Below are positions 58,644 to 64,000 of a stretch of 64,000 nt of DNA, one piece after another. The position numbers and the translations under genes were made by a program. The notes under the pieces were generated by a model, which was given only the letters and a program-made list of their open reading frames with translations, was not told where the DNA came from and made no database searches. Positions within the stretch are counted from its first letter, which is position 1. Each line of letters begins with the position of its first letter. This DNA is from an uncultured Chloroflexia bacterium (GTDB lineage Bacteria > Chloroflexota > Limnocylindria > Limnocylindrales > CSP1-4), in assembly GCA_963828165.1 (NCBI GenBank), contig CAWHDR010000001.1, positions 448,001-512,000 of the forward strand. Reading direction: 5' to 3'.

Positions 58644-61265
58644 GTGCGGCTCTTGAAGCGGGTGGTCATCGTTCTGCTCATCGTGGTCGTCGTCGCCGTG
58701 GCGGCCGGGGCGGGCGCGCTGGTCTGGATCACCAACCGTGCGATGCCGCAGACCGCCGGCACGCTCCAGGTGCCCGGTCTGGACGCCGCCGTCACCGTGA
58801 ACCGCGACGCGGCGGGGTTCGCCCATATCACCGCGACCACGGCGCACGACCTGTTCGTGGCCCAGGGGTATATCCACGCGCAGGAACGGATGTGGCAGAT
58901 GGAGGTCTGGCGGCGCATCTCGGCCGGCCGCCTCTCAGAGCTGTTCGGGGCGAGCTCGCTCGAGCAGGACCGGTTCATCCGGACCCTCGGCTGGCGGCAG
59001 GCGGCGGAACGGGATCTCGCCGCGCTCTCCGGCGACACGCGCGGGATCCTCGATGCGTATGTCGCCGGGGTCAACGCCTGGCTCGACGCCAATCGGGGCA
59101 ACCTCGGGCTGGCCTTCGTGATCACCGGCGCGAACCCCGAGCCCTGGACCGTGCTCGACACGCTCACGTGGGGCAAGGTCCAGGCCTGGAATCTCGCCGG
59201 GAACATGAGTACCGAAATCTTCCGGTTCCTCGCCGATGCGCGGCTCGGTGACCCCTCACGGACCGACGAGCTCTTCGCGACCAGGGAGTTCGGGCCGGTC
59301 ATCGTTCCCGCGCCGGACATCGATCCCTCGCCGGACATCGATCCCCTCGCAACCGAGGACGGCGGGACGGCCGGGACGATGGCCGGCGTCGCGCCCCGCC
59401 CGGACCCGCGACCTTCCGCGGCCATCACGGACGACCAGGCAGGCGCCTGGCGAGACCTCGCCTCGATCGGCGACGACCTGCTGCAGCTTGCGGGCCTCGA
59501 CGGATCGGCTGGCGGCCTCGCGTCGGATCATGGGATCGGCTCCAACGACTGGGTCGTGGCTCCCTCGCTGTCGTCGTCGGGTGGCGCGTTGCTCGCGAAC
59601 GACCCGCACCTTGGGATCTCGATGCCGTCGATCTGGTTCGTCAACGGCCTACATTGCGCGACCGTCGACGAGGCCTGCCCGTTCGACGTCGCCGGGGTCA
59701 GCTTCCCGGGGGTCCCGGGCGTGGTCCTGGGGCACAACGCCCGGATCGCGTGGGGTGCGACGAACGCGGCCGTGGACGTCCAGGACCTGGTCATCGAGAC
59801 GATCGACCCCGCGGATCCAGCCCGCTACCTGGGACCGGACGGTGCGTCGCTCCCCTTCACGATCCGGACCGAGCAGATCGCGGTCTCGGGCGGCGATCCG
59901 GTCACCATCGAGGTCCGGGACACCGTCCACGGCCCGATCCTCAACGATGTCGACGAGCGGCTGGCCGACAGCCCGCTGATGGCGCTGCGCTGGTCGGCGA
60001 TCCATCCGGCGGCCGCGCCGGACCGGACGTACGAGGCCATCCTTGGCCTGAACAAGGCCGCCGATTTCGAGGACTTCCGCGCCGCCCTGTCCCTGTATGG
60101 GGGGCCATCGCAGAACTTCGTCTACGCCGACGTCGATGGGCACATCGGGTATCAGCTGCCGGGCTATGTGCCGATCCGCTCCGATCCCGGCGATCGGGGC
60201 GATCGGCCGGTCCTGGGCTCGACCGGCAACGGGGAGTGGCTCGGCCGGATCCCCTTCGAGCAGTTGCCGTCGGTGTTGGACCCGGTCGATGGCTGGATCG
60301 TGACCGCCAACAACGCGGTGGTCGATGCCGCCGATCCGCGGTTCCTCGGCCAGGAATGGGACCCGGGCTACCGGGCCGAGCGGATCATCGACCTCCTCAA
60401 CCACCACGCGGAGGACGGGTTGACGGTGCCCGACATGGGCCTCATCCAGGCCGACACGTCGCCGCTTCGTGCCCGTGACATCGTGCTGTGGCTGGACGAG
60501 GCGCTGCCGGCCACCCCGGACGGGTTCACGATCGCCGACCGGATCGCGACCTGGGACGGCCGTTGCACGCTCGACAGTTTCGGCTGCTCGGCGTACATGG
60601 CGTGGGAGTATCGGATCCTGCGCGACCTCTTCGATGACGAACTCGGACCGCTGGCGCGCGACTACGTTGGCAGCCCGTGGAGTTGGGTGGCCCTCGAGCA
60701 ACTGATCCAGGACCCTGGTTCGCCGTGGTGGGACGACACAACGACGCCGACGGTCGAGACGGCGGACGTGATCGCGCTGCGCGCCATGGACGAAGCCGGG
60801 GCCGAGCTGCGGGCGGCGTTCGGCGACCCGGACTCGTGGGACTGGGCCCGGCTGCATACCGCGACGTTCAAGGAGGCGACGATCGGGACGGGCAGTGGGA
60901 TCGGGCCCCTTGAGTGGTACTTCAACGAGGGCCCGGTGGGCGCGCCGGGCGCAGCCGGTACCGTCAACAACACCTATTACCGCCTGAGCCGCGCCTATCC
61001 GGACCCGACGGATCCCGAGTTCGTGCCGATCGGCATCGATCAGCTGTTCACGGTCACGAACCTGCCCTCGTATCGATTGCTCCTGGACCTCTCCGATCTC
61101 GATGGCGCACGGATCGTCATCACCACGGGACAGTCCGGTCATCCCTTCGCGATCCACTACGCCGACCAGATCGAGCCCTGGCGGAACGACGACACGCTGC
61201 CGCTGCCGTTCACCCGTGACGCGATCGCCGCGGCCACCGTGGCGACCCTCACGCTCAGCCCGTGA
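58644..61265 (+). CDS. Penicillin acylase family Ntn-hydrolase
   Basis: QGYIHAQERMWQM; GIG|SNDW nucleophile; ANDPHL; TANN; GQSG. Confidence 0.93.
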   Translation: MRLLKRVVIVLLIVVVVAVAAGAGALVWITNRAMPQTAGTLQVPGLDAAVTVNRDAAGFAHITATTAHDLFVAQGYIHAQERMWQMEVWRRISAGRLSELFGASSLEQDRFIRTLGWRQAAERDLAALSGDTRGILDAYVAGVNAWLDANRGNLGLAFVITGANPEPWTVLDTLTWGKVQAWNLAGNMSTEIFRFLADARLGDPSRTDELFATREFGPVIVPAPDIDPSPDIDPLATEDGGTAGTMAGVAPRPDPRPSAAITDDQAGAWRDLASIGDDLLQLAGLDGSAGGLASDHGIGSNDWVVAPSLSSSGGALLANDPHLGISMPSIWFVNGLHCATVDEACPFDVAGVSFPGVPGVVLGHNARIAWGATNAAVDVQDLVIETIDPADPARYLGPDGASLPFTIRTEQIAVSGGDPVTIEVRDTVHGPILNDVDERLADSPLMALRWSAIHPAAAPDRTYEAILGLNKAADFEDFRAALSLYGGPSQNFVYADVDGHIGYQLPGYVPIRSDPGDRGDRPVLGSTGNGEWLGRIPFEQLPSVLDPVDGWIVTANNAVVDAADPRFLGQEWDPGYRAERIIDLLNHHAEDGLTVPDMGLIQADTSPLRARDIVLWLDEALPATPDGFTIADRIATWDGRCTLDSFGCSAYMAWEYRILRDLFDDELGPLARDYVGSPWSWVALEQLIQDPGSPWWDDTTTPTVETADVIALRAMDEAGAELRAAFGDPDSWDWARLHTATFKEATIGTGSGIGPLEWYFNEGPVGAPGAAGTVNNTYYRLSRAYPDPTDPEFVPIGIDQLFTVTNLPSYRLLLDLSDLDGARIVITTGQSGHPFAIHYADQIEPWRNDDTLPLPFTRDAIAAATVATLTLSP

Positions 61266-62446
61266 GTGCGCCCGCGGCGGACGTGGTCGTCGTCGGGGCG
61301 GGCACGATGGGCGCCTGGACCGCGCTCCGCTCTCGCCGGGCAGGCTGGAGCACGACGCTCATCGATGCCTTCGGGGCCGGGCATCCGCGCTCCACCTCCG
61401 GCGACGAGACCCGGATCCTGCGCGCAGCGCATGGGGCCGACACGTTCTACACGCGCTGGTCGCGCGAGGCTCGAACGGCGTGGCAGGCATTCGAGGCGGA
61501 GGTCGGCGAGCGCTTCTACGTCGAGTCGGGGATGCTCTGGTTCGCCCATCGAGAGGACGGGTTCGAGGCCCACTCGATCGCGGCGCTGACCTCGCTCGGC
61601 ATCCCCGTGCGACGGCTGTCGCCGACCGACCTTGCCGACGGCTGGCCGCAGATCTCGGCCGATGACCTCGCCTTCGCCGCGTACGAGCCGGAGGCAGGCC
61701 TCCTCCTGGCACGGAACGGGGTGGCCGCCGTGGCCCGGACGTTCGCCGGGGACGGGGGGCGCTTCGAGCTCGCGTGGGTGGTCCCGGGTGCCACGGACGG
61801 CCGTCGTCTCCTCGACGTCGTCGCCGGCGACGGCTCCCGCTACCCGGGGGGCACGTTCGTGTTCGCGGCCGGGCCCTGGCTGCCGCGGCTCTTTCCCGAC
61901 GTCGCGGGCGAGCTCATCCGGGTGACCAAACAGGACGTGATGTTCTTCGGCCCGCCGGCGGGTGACGGCCGGTTCAACGCCGAGTGGCTCCCTTGCTGGG
62001 TCGACTACGACACCGCGACCTACGGCCTGCCGGCCGTCTCCGGTCGAGGCATGAAGCTGGCGCCCGATCGCTACGGCCCGGTCTTCGACCCGACGAACGG
62101 CGAGCGACAGGTCGATCCGGAATCGGTCCGGCTGGCGCGTCGATACATGGCGCGGCGGTTCCCGGCGATGGCCGGAGCGCCGGTCGTGGAGACTCGGGTC
62201 TGCCAGTACGAAACGACGCCCGACACCGACTTCGTGATCGATCGCCATCCCGCGTTCGACAACGTCTGGTTGGTCGGCGGTGGCTCCGGCCACGGGTTCA
62301 AGCACGGTCCGGTCATCGGGAGTTATGTGGTGTCACGCATCGCCGGGGCGCCGGCCGGAGACGATGAGGAGCGCTTCTCGATCACGCGAGTCCGTGAGTT
62401 CCGCCAGAACCTGCGAACCGGAGCCGACGCCGCGCGGGACGACTAG
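61262..62446 (+). CDS. Monomeric sarcosine/pipecolate oxidase-like flavoprotein
   Basis: GAGTMG, SGDETRILR, CQYETTPD, SGHGFKHG. Confidence 0.9.
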   Translation: MSAPAADVVVVGAGTMGAWTALRSRRAGWSTTLIDAFGAGHPRSTSGDETRILRAAHGADTFYTRWSREARTAWQAFEAEVGERFYVESGMLWFAHREDGFEAHSIAALTSLGIPVRRLSPTDLADGWPQISADDLAFAAYEPEAGLLLARNGVAAVARTFAGDGGRFELAWVVPGATDGRRLLDVVAGDGSRYPGGTFVFAAGPWLPRLFPDVAGELIRVTKQDVMFFGPPAGDGRFNAEWLPCWVDYDTATYGLPAVSGRGMKLAPDRYGPVFDPTNGERQVDPESVRLARRYMARRFPAMAGAPVVETRVCQYETTPDTDFVIDRHPAFDNVWLVGGGSGHGFKHGPVIGSYVVSRIAGAPAGDDEERFSITRVREFRQNLRTGADAARDD

Positions 62447-63000
62447 AGCGTCGACGGCCCGGTGAAGTCCTTGCGCAGGTTCATCGAGAACGGCGAGCGG
62501 ATCGACGCTTCGGGGAACAGGACCGCGTCCTCACCGGGCTCGGTGATCCACTCGACCAGGTGGCGGTTGACGATGAGGGTGCCGACGTCGCGAGCGACGA
62601 CCGAGCCCGCCATGTTGAAGGCCATCGTCACGCCGGTGAACGGGATCATCGGCTCGCGCTGGAGGACGTTGCGCATCGGGTCCTGGCCGCGCGGGACGTG
62701 GAGCCGGCCGAGGATGACGTACGGCCCGATCGACAGCTGCATCCGGGCTTCCTGGAGCTCGACGCGTTGCTTCTCGTTCCCGCGTGGCCCGGTGCCCACG
62801 ACCGCCAGCAGGTCGTCGCGCACGATGCTGACCGAGTCCTGCGCGACCGCGTGGCCGTCATCGAGGCTGTGGAATTCGACCTTGTGCAGCCGGAAGCGCT
62901 CCTGGCCGTTGAGGAAGTCGGTCAGCCGCTCACCGAACATCGTGATCCTGCCGGTGATCGTGCAGTCACCGGCGAAGCCCTCGAACTCGACACCTTGCAT
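62443..63000 (-). CDS. Hypothetical protein
   Basis: Globular-looking ORF (MQGVEFEGF...) with host-like codon usage. Confidence 0.65.
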   Translation of the reverse strand: MQGVEFEGFAGDCTITGRITMFGERLTDFLNGQERFRLHKVEFHSLDDGHAVAQDSVSIVRDDLLAVVGTGPRGNEKQRVELQEARMQLSIGPYVILGRLHVPRGQDPMRNVLQREPMIPFTGVTMAFNMAGSVVARDVGTLIVNRHLVEWITEPGEDAVLFPEASIRSPFSMNLRKDFTGPSTL

Positions 63001-63081
63001 GCCCCGACGGTACGTCTCTCGAGCCGCGGCCCGCCACGGCACGTTGGTACCGGTACCGGCTAACCCACGCGGACGACCCCG

Positions 63082-63420
63082 CTACGACTCGCTGATCTCC
63101 AGTGGGCCGTCCGGGACTTCGATCAGGATGCGGCCGTCGTCGATCACCACGGGATAGACGGCCAGCGGCTCCTCGGCCGGTGGGTCGAGCGGCTCCCCGT
63201 TGACGAGGTCGAAGCGGGACAGGTGGAGCGCGCAGGTCAGCGTGCCGTTGGTCAGGAAGCCCTTGTCGAGCTCGAAGTACTCGTGCGAGCAGACCCCCTG
63301 GACGGCCGTGACCTCGCCGCCGATGTTGATCACCAGGACCTGGTCGGTGCCATCCACCCAGGCCATCTTCATCTCGCCGTCGGCGACCTCGTCGACGCCC
63401 AGCAGGTCGATGCGTCTCAT
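63082..63420 (-). CDS. Rieske [2Fe-2S] ferredoxin
   Basis: CSH..CALHLSRFD. Confidence 0.9.
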   Translation of the reverse strand: MRRIDLLGVDEVADGEMKMAWVDGTDQVLVINIGGEVTAVQGVCSHEYFELDKGFLTNGTLTCALHLSRFDLVNGEPLDPPAEEPLAVYPVVIDDGRILIEVPDGPLEISES

Positions 63421-63475
63421 CGCGAGCCGCGGATGCGCGCGCGACCGAGCCAGCGCGAGCGACGTTGTGGAGGCA

Positions 63476-64000
63476 TCAGGCGGCGGCCACACCGGTCGCG
63501 CCATCCGTGCCGGAGGCCCACTTGGCTTCCAGCAGCTCGCGCAACCGATCGCGGGCTGACGCGAGCGGGACCCTGGCGACGACCGGCTCGAGGAACCCGA
63601 GCACGATGAACTTGCGCGCCTCGTCCGGCGGGATGCCGCGCGACTCCAGGTAGAACAGCTGCAGCTCGTCGACCGGGCCGACCGAGCTCGAGTGCATCGC
63701 GCGGCGGCAGTCGGGCTGGTCGATCTCGAGCGACGGGATCGCGACGGACCGGGCGGACTTCGAGAGGTTCATGCCGAACTCGCCGAGGAAGCTGTCGGTG
63801 CCGACTGCGCTCTTCTCGATCGTGATGAGACCCTTGAGGTAGGCCCGGGCGCTCTCGAGCAGGGCCGCCTTCGACAGCAGGTCGCCGGTCGTGTCGCGGC
63901 CGATATGCGTGGTGAATGAGGTCAGGTCGAACAGCTGCTCGTCGGCCCCGAACACGATCTCGACCTGCTCGACCGAGCTTCGGTCGCCGACCAGCCGGTT
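63476..64000 (-). CDS. sufD: SufD/SufB-family Fe-S assembly protein (5' partial)
   Basis: IPSLEID..HSSSVG..QLFYLESRGI..IVLGFL. Confidence 0.85.
   Translation of the reverse strand, partial: NRLVGDRSSVEQVEIVFGADEQLFDLTSFTTHIGRDTTGDLLSKAALLESARAYLKGLITIEKSAVGTDSFLGEFGMNLSKSARSVAIPSLEIDQPDCRRAMHSSSVGPVDELQLFYLESRGIPPDEARKFIVLGFLEPVVARVPLASARDRLRELLEAKWASGTDGATGVAAA

Overview
High-GC bacterial chromosome segment. Gene content and pervasive leaderless starts suggest a Chloroflexota (Limnocylindria-like) or similar Terrabacteria genome; this is inference only. Left to right: (1) end of a phosphate locus (DUF47, PhoB/RegX3-type regulator); (2) a ~6.35 kb phage/satellite-like element (~1119-7478) inserted in the regulator's PHO-box-like promoter, with a frameshifted tyrosine integrase, a phage-type replication initiator preceded by a possible pseudoknot, Zn-finger proteins and three unannotated 31-39 aa membrane peptides; (3) housekeeping and accessory genes (gltX, DtxR family, J-domain membrane protein, asparaginase II, ArsR-SRPBCC, truncated efeO plus efeB, upp); (4) a pyrimidine catabolism cluster (ABC transporter with two NMT1-type binding proteins, class-III aminotransferase, ureidopropionase-like nitrilase, F420-type LLM oxidoreductase, hydA, mmsA) interleaved with lipid genes and an RsbW/V/U-like cassette; (5) a divergent Lgt paralogue, a BTAD regulator preceded by four GGGG-loop hairpins, and an M6 protease; (6) mdh, pckA, a SAM-I riboswitch controlling a ThrC-like enzyme plus sulfur carrier, and transsulfuration genes; (7) lgt, ECF sigma/anti-sigma, MbfA-like VIT1, a cyclodeaminase-acylase-oxidase operon and the end of a suf operon. 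No tRNA, rRNA or CRISPR array was seen. All product calls come from motif recognition, not database searches.
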